Of a stretch of DNA of 64,000 nucleotides, positions 1 to 13,669 are shown one piece after another. This DNA comes from Squalus acanthias (lineage: Eukaryota). Location: contig CM059432.1 in NCBI GenBank assembly GCA_030390025.1, forward strand, positions 30,196,001 to 30,260,000, read 5' to 3'. Every line of letters begins with the position of its first letter. Position 1 is the first letter of the stretch. The notes beneath the pieces were generated by a model that did not search any database, was not told the DNA's origin, and saw only the letters and a program-made list of their open reading frames with translations. A program made the translations under genes and the position numbers.

Positions 1-777
1 CGTCAAGAATTTTGTGTCAAGCCGATTCATGCTGCAGCATACATGCTGGACCCAAAGCATGTTGGGAGACCAATACGTTCTGGAGAACAGATCAACAGCG
101 CTTAGTGTGATTTCTACCCTCTCACGCCACCTCAATCTGGACGTGGGCAAAGTTCTGGGAAGTCTGGCAAAGTTCTCTACCAAGCAAGGTCTTTGGAATG
201 GGGACGGGATATGGGAATCATGCAAGCATATCAGTGCACATACCTGGTGGAAGGGATTTTGTGCATCTGAGGCCCTGTCACCCATTGCATCGGTGATACT
301 CCAAATCCCACCTTCATCAGCGGCCTCTGAACAAAACTGGTCACTTTTTGGGAATACGCATACAAAGGTGCGCAACAAGCTGACTAACAAGAGAGTGGAG
401 AAACTGGTGGCTATCCAGGCGAACCTACAACTTATTGAGCCAGATACAGAAGTGTCCACCACACAGCTAGACAGTGACACAGAGGAGGAAATGGACACGT
501 CAGAGCCAGAGAATCAGGAGGAGCAATGAGGAGTAGAAGACTCATGAGTAGAAGATTCAAAGGGACAAAATAAGGACAAATTACAGGCTAAATAAGCTGT
601 TTTTATTTGTATGGAACAGTATGTCTATTTTGATGACAAAGATAATACAGTATAAGGGTCAGAGACAAAAACCATCAGTGTGCAAAAAAAACTCAAAATT
701 CCCATAGATTCCCATAAATTCCCGAAAATTCCCATGGAAAGTTTCCTCTTAAAAATTCCCGGAATTTTGCAACCCTA
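1..777 (+). mobile_element. hAT DNA transposon, 3' end (transposase C-terminal dimerisation domain, frame open to stop at 529)
   Basis: ORF 14-529 has WW..F...L..IA..IL.IPPSSAASE.NWS.FG..HTKVRNKL...VEKLV; subterminal AATTCCC repeats at 697-760; terminus ...TTTTGCAACCCTA at 777. Confidence 0.85.
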
Positions 778-1329
778 CTTGAGGCCCTTATAGAATTATA
801 ACACCATTCCTTTATCTATGGGACCAGAATTCAAATTCAGAATGCTTCGCTCTTCTACAAGTTATGAGTATAGCTACGAGTGTAGATGAAAATTTACTTT
901 CAACCCAATTTATACTGGATCAATATGGATGCAAGCAGCAAATAATTGAAAAATGAACACAAAATTATAGTCGTCACTGCCCGAGTTGGATTGCTGCAAC
1001 AGTTGAAGGGTAAAGTTATTAAGAACTGCATTGTGTAGTGGTTAAGGTGCATAGTTTACATCTCTGTGGTCACTAACTCCATTTCCAACAACTGATACCC
1101 AAATTTTACCTGCAATATGGATGAAGAACTTCACTGAATATTCAGCTTGAGAGGCTTGTATCAAGTCAGAAACATCCTTAGCATAACAGGATGGTGAAAG
1201 TGAGCAGAAGGAAATCCAGAACCCACTGAAGCAAAGCTTTAACATGGGGAGAGAGGTAGTAAGAAAATATTTGGTAGAGTTATATTTATTTCGAAGGCTC
1301 TGTCACTTCATTAGAAGAAAATTACCAAC

Positions 1330-1405
1330 CTTCAGAGGCATCGTCAATTCAACTTCTTTTGTCTCCTTCAGGCCCAGAGGAATCATGGGAACACTAATAG
1401 ACTCA
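1330..1405 (-). CDS. RHPN1: Rhophilin-1 coding exon 4, start of BRO1 domain (N-ESISVPMIPLGLKETKEVELTMPLK)
   Basis: ttgcag| acceptor, |GTTGGT donor, 76 nt, in frame with exon 3; PMIPLGLKETKE is the rhophilin BRO1 N-terminal motif. Later exons lie left of the window. Confidence 0.95.
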
Positions 1406-2209
1406 CTGCAACACAAACAGAGGTTCTCAAATGTTTAGATAATCTCTACTTTCAATTATCACCAGCACTACAGTAACGCTTTCTTTAATTACTGACCCTT
1501 TGAATGCCTGATGGCAGATTATGGCTAAATCTATTTAAAGGAGAGTGATATCTATAATAATGATGTGTCTAACTGGCAGTGTCTGTTTACCACATGTTTG
1601 GTTTCTCAAGTGAGAAGAGCACCTATTGTGACCCACCAGTAATTCTGAAATACATATACTCAGATCACCAGGAAGTCAAGAACATTGCTAGTTATTTTCT
1701 CTTAATTCCTAGCTTGATTTGTCCCTTTTCTTTTATTGTTGAGCAGCAGTAATTACAAGTGACCACCCGAGGAATAACTTCAGAGCAGTAGAATATGGGA
1801 GAATATGCTCAAATCAATTAAGTTAGAAAGCACAATATCAAAATCTTACCTGATGTCATTACTGAGTATTTCCTATTCACACAACCTGAGAAGAGTGAAT
1901 AAAATCATGGAAAGCACTATTTAATGACTAAGGGGGCAGCAACAGGACGAGGGTGGAAGAGAAGCTTTTAATAAACTCTCTCTCACTCATCACCGTCAAA
2001 CCATTCCACAAAATGTTGCTGTCCCACAATTCATACTTTGAGTCACTTTTAATCACTAAAAAAAAGGCAGCAAATTTTAACTGACATTCTGGGAACGATC
2101 GAATAGATATCTGGGAAATGAAGCTGAGGATGTCAGTCACGGTAAGGTTGATATTTCGGTGTAACATTAATACAACTATTGCCAAGGTGGTTTGGGACTG
2201 AAGGTGGAT

Positions 2210-2420
2210 CGCAGCCATGAGCAATGCCAGTATACATTACCCTGAACTTCCCTACCCCTTGCTCATGCAACTTCTCTGCCCTATGACCCTGGCCAAAGTC
2301 ACGAATGACATCCTCCAGTGACCGTGATTATTGCATTATTCCTCCTTGACCTCATCCCAGAATTTGATATGGTCGACCATGCCATCCTCCTCCATGCCCT
2401 CTCTGTAAATGTCCAGTTCT
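2210..2420 (+). mobile_element. Degraded L2 LINE RT fragment
   Basis: Encodes LAKVTNDIL and LLDL..(E)FDMVDHAILL, typical of L2 reverse transcriptase. Confidence 0.6.
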
Positions 2421-2429
2421 GTCATATAC

Positions 2430-2970
2430 AAACTGTTGTTAAGGCCATAATGTTTTTCCAGTTCTGGGTGCCTTACATTAGGAATTATGCCAAGAACATG
2501 GAAAGGATGCAGAACAAATTCACCAAGATGATGGCAAGGATGAGAAATGTTACTTTTGAGTACAGTAGAGAAACTGGGGTTCTTTTACATAGAACAATTG
2601 AGTTTAAAAGGAAATCTAATACATCTGTTCAAAATTCTGAAGGGGCTCACTAAAGTAAACTGGGAAAAACTATTTCCACTGTTCAGTTGATAAAGTTTAA
2701 GATCATGACCAAAAGGGCGAGGTTAGGAGAGGTTTTAAAAAAAAAAATAAGAGGGTTGTTAGGACATGGAATGTCCCACCAGAAACAGTGGTGGAGGAAG
2801 AAACCATAATAGATTTTGAAAGAGAAATGGATAAATATTTGAAAAAGAAAAAGTTAAAGGAGTACAGGGAAGAGCAGAAGAATGGAATGAAGCGGATAGC
2901 TCTTGCATGAGCTGGCACTGTCACGATGGGCCAAAGGGCTTCCATGCTGTACTGCAAAATTCTATGTTCA
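2430..2970 (+). mobile_element. Degraded CR1 3' fragment
   Basis: QFWVPY..MERMQ.KFTKM motif and CR1 3' UTR ending ...TTCTATG. Confidence 0.75.
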
Positions 2971-3861
2971 AGGGGGAAAAGAAAGAAAAATCAGAATTTT
3001 CTCCAACTAAACTGCTGCCACACGCTCTCAGAAACTATCTACAAATGAAGGCAGGGAACAATTACCGATTTGGTGCCAATTATTTCTTCTCCCAAATAGC
3101 ACAACATGAATGCAAGTATGTCTGCAATTGTTTTCTTGCCCTGGGAATAAGATACAATATTTTTCCTGCCCCTACTGTGGTCCCACAGTTAGTCACTGTT
3201 CATTCAGCTCTGGGATCAAATACAGCCCAGATTGCGTAAACATTTTTCTCAGTCTGTTAATTGGAACAGCTGGAGAGTTAGGTCACAAAATGATGCCTTG
3301 TTGTCCTGTCTTGCTAGAGCAGGGTCTTTGAGAGCCAAGTGATTCTATGTATTTCAATGAGTTCAGAAATAGGAGAAGGTCGGTTTAGTTCTGCTCAGGT
3401 TCATACTATAAAATAAAAACTACATTTTATTCCGCAGATATTTAACACTAACATTAGCCTGTAGGTCTCAATCTCAGGTTGGCCAAAATTGCTATCAGTC
3501 ACACAGAAAACAAAAGGTTTGTAAATTTGACTGGGGAGGGGGAGCAAGAGGGGTAGAAGGAACAGTAACTCAATGCATCTTTAAAAAAAACAAGAAAAAA
3601 AAAGCACAAGAAACCAAACAGCAAAATAAACAGAAGGTTTACCAGACTATCAGGGCAGTACTTAGTTAACTCTTTGGTTGCTGGCAGGTACATGAAAACT
3701 GCTATTTCCTCGCATTCACTGGTTTAGTTTGTTTTCAGCTCAGTGCCCCATGATGCTGAAAACCCCCTGTCAATATTACAACTATAAAGCTACTCTATTG
3801 TGACTATCTTCATTTCAGTAATATTAACCCTGAAATAATAAACACAATTTTAAATATAAAT

Positions 3862-4765
3862 TGGCCTAGATTTTCCTGGGGACTTGTGCATTGTAATGAG
3901 GTATTTACAGCGTAGGAGCCCTTGAACGGTGCAAAAGAAAGGAAGTTATGGAGTAAGTGAGGGCCATAGCTTATGCCATGACATATTTCCCGAGACTTTT
4001 GCACCGCTCCGCCATATCAGCTTTTAACAAATGATTAGCTATTGGCTTCGATTCGCTGCGATGTATTCAATTTTTTTTTTTTTATTCGTTCCTGGGATGT
4101 GGGCGTCGCTGGCAAGGCCAGCATTTATTGCCTATCCCTAATTGCCCTTGAGAAGGTGGTGGTGAGCTGCCTTCTTGAACCACTGCAGTCTTGTGGTGAA
4201 GGTACTCCCACAGCGCTGTCAGGGAGGGAGTTCCAGGATTTTGACCCAGCGACAATGAAGGAACGGCGATATATTACCAAGTCAGGACGGTGTGTAACTT
4301 GGAGGGGAACTTTCAGGTGATACACAAAATTATTGATGGCACGATTGGCGTGCTCGATGGCTAAATTTACAGTGTACATCACTGATCTCGACGTTGCAGG
4401 AAAATCTGAACGATTAAATACTTTATCTGCGTTCAGCTCACCCTTTTCTATTTTAACCTCAATGTCAACTTTTCTCCTTATTCTAATTTTCATTTTTCCT
4501 GCTTTTTAAAATTTAAACTGTTTAACTGACCTTCACTTTCTGTCTCCTAGCTCCAACCATCCATTTTGGATGGAGAAGCAACTTCCTGCCAAAAAAATAA
4601 TTTAAAGGGTTTTCATGACAGATTGTGTTGATTGTCATGGTTGCAGCACAGATGTGACCATTTCCGACTTTGATATGAAAACAGTCCAAATCAGGAATTT
4701 TAGCTGCCAAGCAAACTTGCCCGCAGCTCTGTGACGGCATTGTCATACAAACCAGAAAAGTCTCT
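3862..4765. mobile_element. Old Harbinger-type MITE with an inserted LINE 3' fragment (4070-4320, minus)
   Basis: GGCCTAGATTTT left end like other MITEs here; the internal poly-T-led fragment matches the 3' end of the 27944-31155 LINE. Right end uncertain. Confidence 0.5.
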
Positions 4766-4842
4766 GATTCTGTCCTTGATTTATGCTGATTTCAATTAAG
4801 TAGCAATTTGGGCTCTACATTTGGCCTCAGTGCCCATGGGAT

Positions 4843-5096
4843 CATAGAATCATAGAAATTTACAGCACAGAAAGAGGCCATTTGGCCCATCATGTTTCTG
4901 CCAGCTGAAAAAGAGCTATCCAGCCTAATCCCACTTTCCAGCTCTTGGCCTGCAGGTTACAGCACTTCAAGTGCATATCCAAGTACTTTTTAACTGCGAT
5001 GAGGGTTTCTGCAACTACCACCCGTTTCAGGCAGTGAGTTCCAGACCTCCACCATCCTCTGGGTGAAAAAAATTCTCCTCAACTTCCCTCTAATCC
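4843..5096 (-). mobile_element. CR1 3' fragment
   Basis: CATAGAATCATAGAA tail and CR1 3' UTR. Confidence 0.8.
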
Positions 5097-5163
5097 ATAG
5101 GGATAGGGAAGGGGAACATTAACCAGGATTTCCACTGCTAATTGCTATCCAGTGACATCTGCT

Positions 5164-8100
5164 GAAACATAGAAGATAGGAGCAGGAGTAGCCATTCGGC
5201 CCCTCGAGCCTGCTCCGCCATTCAATGCGATCATGGCTGATCATCCAAATTCAGTACCCTGTCCCTGCTTTCTCCCCATATCCCTTGATCCCTTTAGCCT
5301 TAAGAAATATATCTAACTCCTTCTTGAATATATTTAATGAATTGGCCTCAACTGCCTTCTGTGGTAGAGAATGCCACAGGTTCACCACTCTCTGCGTGAA
5401 GAAATTCCTCCTCATCTCAGTCCTAACTGGCTTACCCCTTATCCTTAGACTGTGACCCCTGGTTCTGGACTCCCCGCCATCAGGAACATCCTTCCTGCAT
5501 CTAGTCTGTCTAGTCCTGTTAGAATTTTATAAGTTTGAATGAGATCCCCTCTCATTCTTCTAAACTCAAGTGAATATAAGCCTAATCGACCCAATCTCTC
5601 TTCATACGTCATTCCTGCCATCCCAGGTATCAGTCTGGTGAATCTTTGCTGCACTCCCTCCATGGCAAGAACATCCTTCCTCAGATATGGCGACCAAAAC
5701 TGCACACAATACTCAAGGTGTGGTCTCACCAAGGCCCTGAACAACTGCAGCAAGACATCCTTGCTCCTGTACTCGAATCCTCTCGTTATGAAGGCCAACA
5801 TACCATTTGCCTTCTTAACTGCCTGCTGCACCTGCATGCTTACCTTCAGCGACTGGTGCACAAGAACACCCAGGTCTCGTTGCACTTCCCCTTTTCCCAA
5901 TCTATTGCCGTTCAGATAATAATCTGCCTTCCTGTTTTTGCCACCAAAGTGGATAACCTCGCATTTATCCACATTATACTGCATCTGCCATGCATCTGCC
6001 CAATCACCCAACCTGTCCAAATCATACTGGTGTTTCTCTGCATCCTCCTCACAGCACACACCACACACGCCCACCCAGCTTTGTGTCATCTGCAAACTTG
6101 GAGATATTACATCTAGTTCCCTCGTCTAGATCATTAATATATATTGTGAATAACTGGGGTCCTAGCACCGATCCCTGCGGTACCCCACTAGTCACTGCCT
6201 GCCACTTGGAAAAAGACCCGTTTATTCCAACTCTTTGCTTCCTGTCTGCCAACCAGTTCTCTATCCAAGTCAGTACCTTACCCCCAATCCCATCTGCTTT
6301 AACTTTGCACGCTAATCTCTTATGTGGGACCTTGTCGAAAGCCTTCTGAAAGTTCAAATACACCACATCCACTGGTTCTCCCTTATCTAATCTACCAGTT
6401 ACATCCTCAAAAAATTCCAGTAGATTAGTCAAGCATGATTTACCTTTTGTAAATCCATGTTGACTTTGTCCGATCCTGTCACTGTTTTCCAAGTGCTCTG
6501 CTATTACATCTTTTATAATGGACTCTAGCATTTTCCCCACTACCGATGTCAGGCTTACCGGTCTATAATTCCCCGTTTTCTCTCTACCACCTTTTTTAAA
6601 TGGTGGGGTTACATTAGCTACCCTCCAATCCATGGGAACTGTTCCAGAGTCTATAGAATTTTGGAAGATGACCAGCAATGCATCTACTATTTCTAGGGCC
6701 ACTTCCTTAAGTACCCTAGGATGTAGATTATCAGGCTCTGGGGATTTATCGGCCTTCAATCCCGTCAATTTCCCTTACTCCATTTCCCTACAAATATTGA
6801 TTTCATTCAGTTCCTCCCTCTCATTAGACCCTATGTTCCCCGACATCTCTGGGAGGTTATTTGTGTCCTCCTTTGTGAAGACAGAACCAAAGTATGTATT
6901 TAATTGGTTTGCCATTTCTTTGTTCCCCATTATAAATTTATAAATTCCCCTGATTCTGACTGCAAGGGACCTACGCTTGACTTCACCAATCTTTTTCTCT
7001 TCACATATCTATAGAAGCTTTTACAGTCAGTTTTTATGTTCCCTGAAAGCTTACTCTCATACTCTATTTTCCGCCTCTTAACTAATCCCTTCGTCCCCCT
7101 TTGCTGAATCCTAAACTGCTCCCAATCCTCAGGTTTGCTGCTTTTTCTGGCCAATTTATATGTCCTCTCCTTGGATCTTATGCTATCCCTAATTTCCCTT
7201 GTTAGCTACGGTTGAGTCACCTTTTTTTTTATTTTTATGCCAAACAGGGATGAACAAATTCTGTAGTTCATCTATGCGATCTTTAAATGTTTGCCATTGC
7301 CTATCCACCGTCAACCCTTTAAGTAACGTTCCCCAATCCATCCTAGCCAACTCACGCCTCATACCATCGTAGTTTCCTTTATTTAAATTCAGGACCCTAG
7401 TCTCTGAGTCAACTACTGCACTCTCCATCTTAATGAAGAATTCTATCATATTATATCGCTCCTCCCCAAGGGGCCTCGCACAACAAGATTGCTAATTAAT
7501 CCTTTCTCATTACATAATACCCAGTCTCAGGTGGCCTGATCTCTAGTTGGTTCCTCGACATATTGGTCCAGGAAACCATCCCGTATACACTCTAGGAATT
7601 CCTCCTCCACAGTATTGTTACTAATTTGGTTAGCCCAATCTATATGTAGATTAAAGTCACCCATGATAACTGCTGTGCCCTTATTGCACGCATCTCTAAT
7701 TTCCCGTTTAATGCCATCCCCAACCTCAGCATTACTGTTTGAGGGTCTGTATACAACTCCCACTAACGTTTTCTGCCCCTTGGTATTTCTCAGCTCTACC
7801 CATACAGATTCCACATCATCAGAGCTAATATCCTTCCTTACTATTGTGTTAATCTCCTCTTTAACCAGCAATGCTACCCCACCTCCTTTTCCTTTTTGCC
7901 TGTCCTTCCTGAATATTGAATACCCCTGGATGTTGAATTCCCAGCCTTGGTCACCCTGGAGCCTTGTCTCCCTAATCCCAATTATATCATATCCATTTAC
8001 ATCTATTTGCGCAGCTAATTCATCCACCTTATTACAAATGCTCCTTGCATTAAGACACAAAGCCTTCAGGCTTGTTTTTTTAACACTCTTAGACCTTTTA

Positions 8101-8628
8101 GAATTATTGTTTACTGTGGCCATGTTTGATTTACACCCTTGATTTCTCTGACTTCCACTTTTGCTTTTCTCCTTCCTGTCTTTTGCTTCTATCCTTGCTT
8201 CCCTTTTCTCTGTCTCCCAGCACAGGTTCCCAACCCCCTGCCATTTTAGTTTAAACCCTCCCCAACAGCACTAGCAAACACTCCGCCTGGGACATCGGTC
8301 CCGGTCCTGCCCAGGTGCAAACCGTCCAGTTTATACTGGTCCCACCTCCCCCTGAACCGGTTCCAATGTCCCAGGAATTTGAATCCCTCCCCCTTGCACC
8401 ATTCCTCTAGCCACATATTCATCTGAAATATCCTTCTATTTCTACTCTGACTAGCACATGGCACTGGTAGCAATCCTGAGATTACTACCTTTGAGGTCCT
8501 ATTTTTTAATTTACCTCCTGACTCCCTATATTCAGCTTTTAGCACCTCATCCCGTTTTTTACCTATATCGTTGGTACCTATATGCACCACGACAACTGGC
8601 TGTTCACCCTCCCCCTCCAGAATGTCCA
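5164..8628 (-). mobile_element. CR1 LINE, 5'-truncated in ORF1 (SGNH esterase remnant + frameshifted APE-RT ORF2)
   Basis: ORFs show [63 protein letters not shown]; several frameshifts. Confidence 0.95.
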
Positions 8629-8784
8629 GAAAGAGTCTGTGTGCAGCAGTCATAGAAGACAGGATCAAGATTAGCTGTGATATTCTCTACAGTTGAGTAG
8701 CTTGCCAACCCTCACAGACTGGGCTCACTCAAGAATGGTCACCTGGGTGAGGTGGACCCGTAAAACAGAATTAGTCAGTGCAGT

Positions 8785-9981
8785 CAGGAGAACCTTGGTT
8801 AGACCACACTTGGTGCACAGTTCTGGTCTCCATATTATAAAAAATGATAATAGAGACACTGGAGAAAGTGCAAAAAAGATTCACAAGGATAATACCAGAA
8901 CTGATAGGATATACTTACAGGAAAGGCTGAATAGGCTGGGACTCTTTTCTCTAGAGGGGAGATCTGATAGAGGTCATTAAGATTATGAAAGGGTTTTATA
9001 GGGTAGAGAAGACGTTTCCATTTGTGGGGGAGATCAAAACTAGGAGCCATAAATATAAGATTGTCATTAATAAATCCAACAGGGAATTCAGGAGAAGCTT
9101 CTTTACCCAGAGAGTGGTTAGAATATGGAACTTGCTACCAACAAGGAGTAGTTGAGGCGAATAGTATAGATGCATTTAAGGAGAAGCTAGATAAGCACAT
9201 GAGGGAGAAAGGAATAGAAGGATATGCTGATAGGGTTAGCAGAGGGGTGAGTGGAGGCATAACTGCCAGATTAGACCAGTTGGGCCGAATGGCCTGTTTC
9301 TGTGCTGTAGGCGCTAATGATTCCCAGTTTTAAAAAATTGGGTTTTCGAGCTCCAGGAAGGAAGCGGAACGCTAAATCAAGCGCTCCACTTCCTTCCTGG
9401 AGCGCAACAGGCAGCCGGGGCGGTAGATGTGCAGCGCTGCCACGTTGGAAGGCTCCTCCCCTCCCTTAAAGGGAAGGGCCATCGCTGCAGGCTCTGCAAG
9501 GGGAAAACTTACCTGGTCCCCGACGGCAGCCGCGATCCGGCCCGATCAGCCCGATACACTGCAGCAGAGTGCCGGGCTGATCGATTGCTGGCGAAGACAA
9601 AGGAAAAAAAAGAGATAGGTCATTTCAGAATTTTTTTTACTTACCTCGGCCATCTCGCCTTTAAGTATCACCCCCGAAGCGCCCAGATTCCCGATGAACA
9701 CCTCCTGCAGCTGCCGGTGTTTTCGCCCGGCGATGCTGCAGGGGGCGGAACCGAAGTTTGGGTCTGGGGCGCTGCGCAGCTAGATGATGTCACGATCTCC
9801 AGGCGCAGGAGATCGTGGCGCTAGGGGTTACCTGCCGCCACAAACCGCCAGGTGAGTTTCGTGGGCGGCGGTAACATCGCTGTGCCTGGGCGTTACATCA
9901 TTCGCGCCCGTTATTGCCCCCTCTGGAGGCGCTAACGGGAGACGCTAAGGAGGCCAATTTCTAGCCCTATGTAATTCTATG
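8785..9981 (+). mobile_element. CR1 3' fragment with tail interrupted by a Harbinger-type MITE
   Basis: LVRPHL and ERLNRLGLFSLE motifs; tail TATGTAATTCTATG resumes at 9968. Confidence 0.8.
9310..9967. mobile_element. Harbinger-type non-autonomous element (inverted relative of 44456-45080)
   Basis: Ends AATTTCTAGCCC, the reverse complement of the GGGCTAGAAATT start at 44456; CpG-rich body; left end apparently truncated. Confidence 0.65.
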
Positions 9982-10919
9982 CAAGGCTGCTTACTACCCA
10001 GTAGCACTCACAGCAGTAAACATCCACGGCACTGGAAAAGTTAAAATAGAAGTTCTGGCCAGTCCCTTAATGAAACCCAGTGTTTAACATTATTAACCTT
10101 GAATCTACAATATAATACTTCACTGAAAAACTATGTTGCTTGCCTCTCCTCACGTGAGCTATTTGCCAAGATGAGATCATGCCTTGATCAGATTAGTATG
10201 GCCAGCATTCAGTAAATGACATCATCCGAAGAAGTAATCCACTGAGTAACAGTGAACAACATAAATCTGGCAACAAAACTGAGGTCCACTTTCAGGATCT
10301 TAAACTTTCAGCATTCTGATTCAAAGAAAGGACTCATTACTTATCTAAATGCAAACAGTCTGTGCTCAGTAATTTAGCTTGGCAGATTGGAGATCTCTTC
10401 CCCCCCCCCCCCCCCCCCTCAATGTTCTCCTTTCCTATGATAAACTGTTTATATAAAGGTTTTGAAAGTGTCCATCACACACTGGACATCGCACTTTGTA
10501 TAAAACACCATCAAATCGTAACTGAATAATTACAACTGTACAAAAAGAGAAGAAAACCCTGGCATTTCTGTTTTGGTGACTTTGAGAATAACCTAGCTTC
10601 TCCTCAAATGGGGAACTGAGCAGCTCAGTCTGGAGAAACTTCCAACAACAATAACTTGCCTCTATTTGATGTCTGAACCTATTTAGACCACTTCCCCATA
10701 GGAGTATATAAACACTGGACAGGTTAGCAGCTAAACATCCCAACTGTGCTCCAAGTGCCTGATCTGGAAGAAACACCATGTGAAATCAGCTGGTAAATAA
10801 TACTTGCAGTTATATAATGTTTTAACAAGTCAAAATATTGTACATTATTTCATGCAACAAATTTGTTTTGGAGTTCTCTTGATGGTGTTATTACTGGAGT
10901 AGGGTTTCACAGGTCCCTG

Positions 10920-11230
10920 AAGCCCTTTGGCACCTTGTCCAAGTCCAATTTTTCATCTAGGAGCCTAGACACTGAGCATTGACACGTTATATGAGTGCAG
11001 AGAGCATCACAGCTGAAGCCAATTTGGTTCACTGGACATCCACACATATATTTTTCAGCAGCATCACTAGATTGGAGTAAGGAGCAGAAATCCTAGATGA
11101 CTTTTCCCACCTCTAGCACAGGGAGGTTGTGTCCAACTGTAGCCCTGAATAGGTCAGCCAACTCGTCTCATACCAGAAATCAAATGTGGGATCTTCTGGT
11201 CTGTGTAGCTGATACCATAATGAACGGTGC
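10920..11230 (-). mobile_element. Old SINE (family of 15585-15930)
   Basis: Degraded reverse-complement similarity. Confidence 0.5.
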
Positions 11231-11414
11231 CTTTTGATGACTAGGGAGAAAGCTAAGTTTATCGGTAGCGCTTAAACATGTAAAACAAATATCAATTAAA
11301 CTGCAGCAAAACACGTTTCTGTAGAAGTGTAGTTAGAAAGTTGGACAGCCGCTTTGACTTAGATGTAACAACAAATGGTGAAAACCACTGTTAATGCCCA
11401 ATGAAAATTTGAAG

Positions 11415-11720
11415 AGAACTTAATGGATAGGACCACATAATAAGATCTTCATCTGTATGTAATCCTTCATTCTTGCTTTGAACGCTGGCTCATAACCTAA
11501 CCTGAACTGTGCTCTAATGGGTTGCTGGGGACAACTGGAGGATGAAAAGAAATTGGTCACACCCATCTGACTTCCACTGTAAATCCTTATCATAGCTACT
11601 GTGGACTTGCATCCTACCATTTTGGCTATACCCTAGAATTCGATCAGCTTTATTAAATTGCTTTGTCTCATTGTCTAAACATTGAAATGGATGTATCATC
11701 TATTACTTCCAAGACTTTTT
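11415..11720 (-). mobile_element. Degraded CR1 fragment
   Basis: NKADRILGY and related C-terminal ORF2 remnants. Confidence 0.55.
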
Positions 11721-12879
11721 CTAAAACTTGCTTGCTAATTCAGTTCCATGTATTGTAAACTTATGTCTTTAAACTGGTAAAATAGAAAATCACACAGGTA
11801 ACACCCACCTGCTTGAAAAATTCTGGGACATCTGTTTCAATGAAGCAATCCCCCTTCAAAAATAAATACTTAATTGAGAGCAATAAAATGCAGCATGACA
11901 GACAAATAAAGACAGTGAAAGAGACAGCAAGAAGTAAAAGCTTAAGAGTACTGAGGGAGATGGGTGAAGCATTCCTGGACTTCATCTCCAAAACACTGCA
12001 TATATAGGGTTCCAAATAAGTGCAACCAAGAACCACAGCTTGGAGTTTCACAAATAGTTTAATTTACCAAATAAAATAATACAGACCAGTATAAATCATC
12101 TTTAGAGACAAATGGATAAGATTACTCATGTATCATTACCAACACTTTATAGAAAACAATCTCACTTAAGTCTTTAATGCTATGTACTATGCTTTGTGTT
12201 ACTCTTAATTAATCGCCTCCAATTGCTTTAATCATTTTCACCATCACCAACAGACCTGTAGCCAACAGTGCTTTATTCTGGTATTATACAGCTCAAAATG
12301 GACTCGAGACATAGTCCTAGTATTCAAAGACAAAAATCTGTAATTCTCCCGATACTTCCCACCCACCCCCACAATTCGCATGGATATAAAGCAAAATGTT
12401 CACCTACTCAACATTATATGTCACTGAAATCCTAGTAATAACAGAGATACGAGGCATCTTCACTTCACTGTCTCCTCAATACTTCAATTTACAAGATCGA
12501 CTTGGCAGGTGACAATCAAACCAAAAGCCTATTAGGATCTTCCCCATCACCCCCAGTTTGCTCCAAATATATTTTTTAAACTTGTACCATGAAAGGTGGG
12601 CTGATGGCATAGCTTATTAATGTGCCAATTAGTTGCAGCACAGGAAGGCATGACAATAACTCACTCCTTTAATTTAAATAGGCGTAATCTGAATTCTAGG
12701 GGGCAGAATTCCCGTCGAGCGTCAAATATGCTTCAGAAATAAGATTTTAAGAAAAAGATGGAACATATTAAAAGAGTTTAAATGACCATCGCTTTTCAAG
12801 ATAAAACAGGCCATTAAATGATTTTTTAAAAAATATAGTTTGATTTAGGACATCACAAGATAATTGCAGATGAAGTTCC

Positions 12880-13660
12880 TTCTCCCAAGAAGACCCTAAG
12901 GCACCCCTATTGCAGCATCCAATTGTTTCTCAAATGATTCTAGGGCTTTTGCCTCCATTATTCCATCTGGGAATCCAATCCATGCATTGATCACTGTGAA
13001 GAATTACTTCCTCATCCTAAACTTACCTTTTACTAACGTGAACCTGTGTTCCTTTTGCTACTCTCTCAATTTATTTCAAAGTAGTTTTCCAGCTATTTCT
13101 TTTCCACACCTCTCAGATGTCTCCTTCCTAGGTTAAAAAGCTCAAGTTTCTCCAATCTGTTCTCAAAACTTAAACTTTTGGCACTTGGTATCAGCTTTGT
13201 TCTTCGCTGCACTGCCTCCAGTGCTTGAATATCTCTCTCGTGTCTTGATGAACAGAACCAGACACAGTATCCGAAGGATGTTCTGACCAGAGCACTAGAC
13301 AGTTTGATTTAGACTGACTCTGACTGGTATTCTACTGTTTCAGCTCTACAGTTTAATATCCTATTGACCTCGTTCATTGCTGCTCTGCATTGGTTGGATA
13401 CATTGAGTGTGGGTTCTAGAAGACTCCTACATCTTTTGCAACTTCATCCTAAGCTATTCCAATACCATTCAGAGTGTTACAGCACCCATTTTTCCGTTTG
13501 ATGTGCATTACTTTACACTTGTCTGTATTAAATTTCATCTGCCATTGTTTGGCCCACTTATATGTTTTATCCAGCTCATTTTGTAATTTCTGAGCTCCTC
13601 CAATTCCACTGGTCCTCCGAGTTTGGTATATTCTGAAATTTGACCAATTTGTGCTGAGTT
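12880..13660 (-). mobile_element. Degraded CR1 3' fragment
   Basis: KWAKQWQMKFNTDKCKVMH motif plus decayed 3' UTR. Confidence 0.75.
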
Positions 13661-13669
13661 TCAAATTTT

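Larger units (their letters stand above)
4765..8760 (+). mobile_element. Old SINE split by two CR1 insertions (pieces 4765-4842, 5097-5165, 8630-8760)
   Basis: Joined pieces are collinear with the more intact copy at 15585-15930. Confidence 0.6.

Noticed and set aside
780..1329. RHPN1 exon 5
   Set aside because: No DFI.EHY.ED-like coding sequence with splice sites found; it must lie left of the window.
5539..6349. Overlapping + strand ORFs (also 34669-35268 and similar)
   Set aside because: Antisense shadows of CR1 ORF2.
9910..9932. CTCF-like CCTCCAGAGGGGGCA in a MITE
   Set aside because: Register does not fit the core consensus well and the background is GC-rich.
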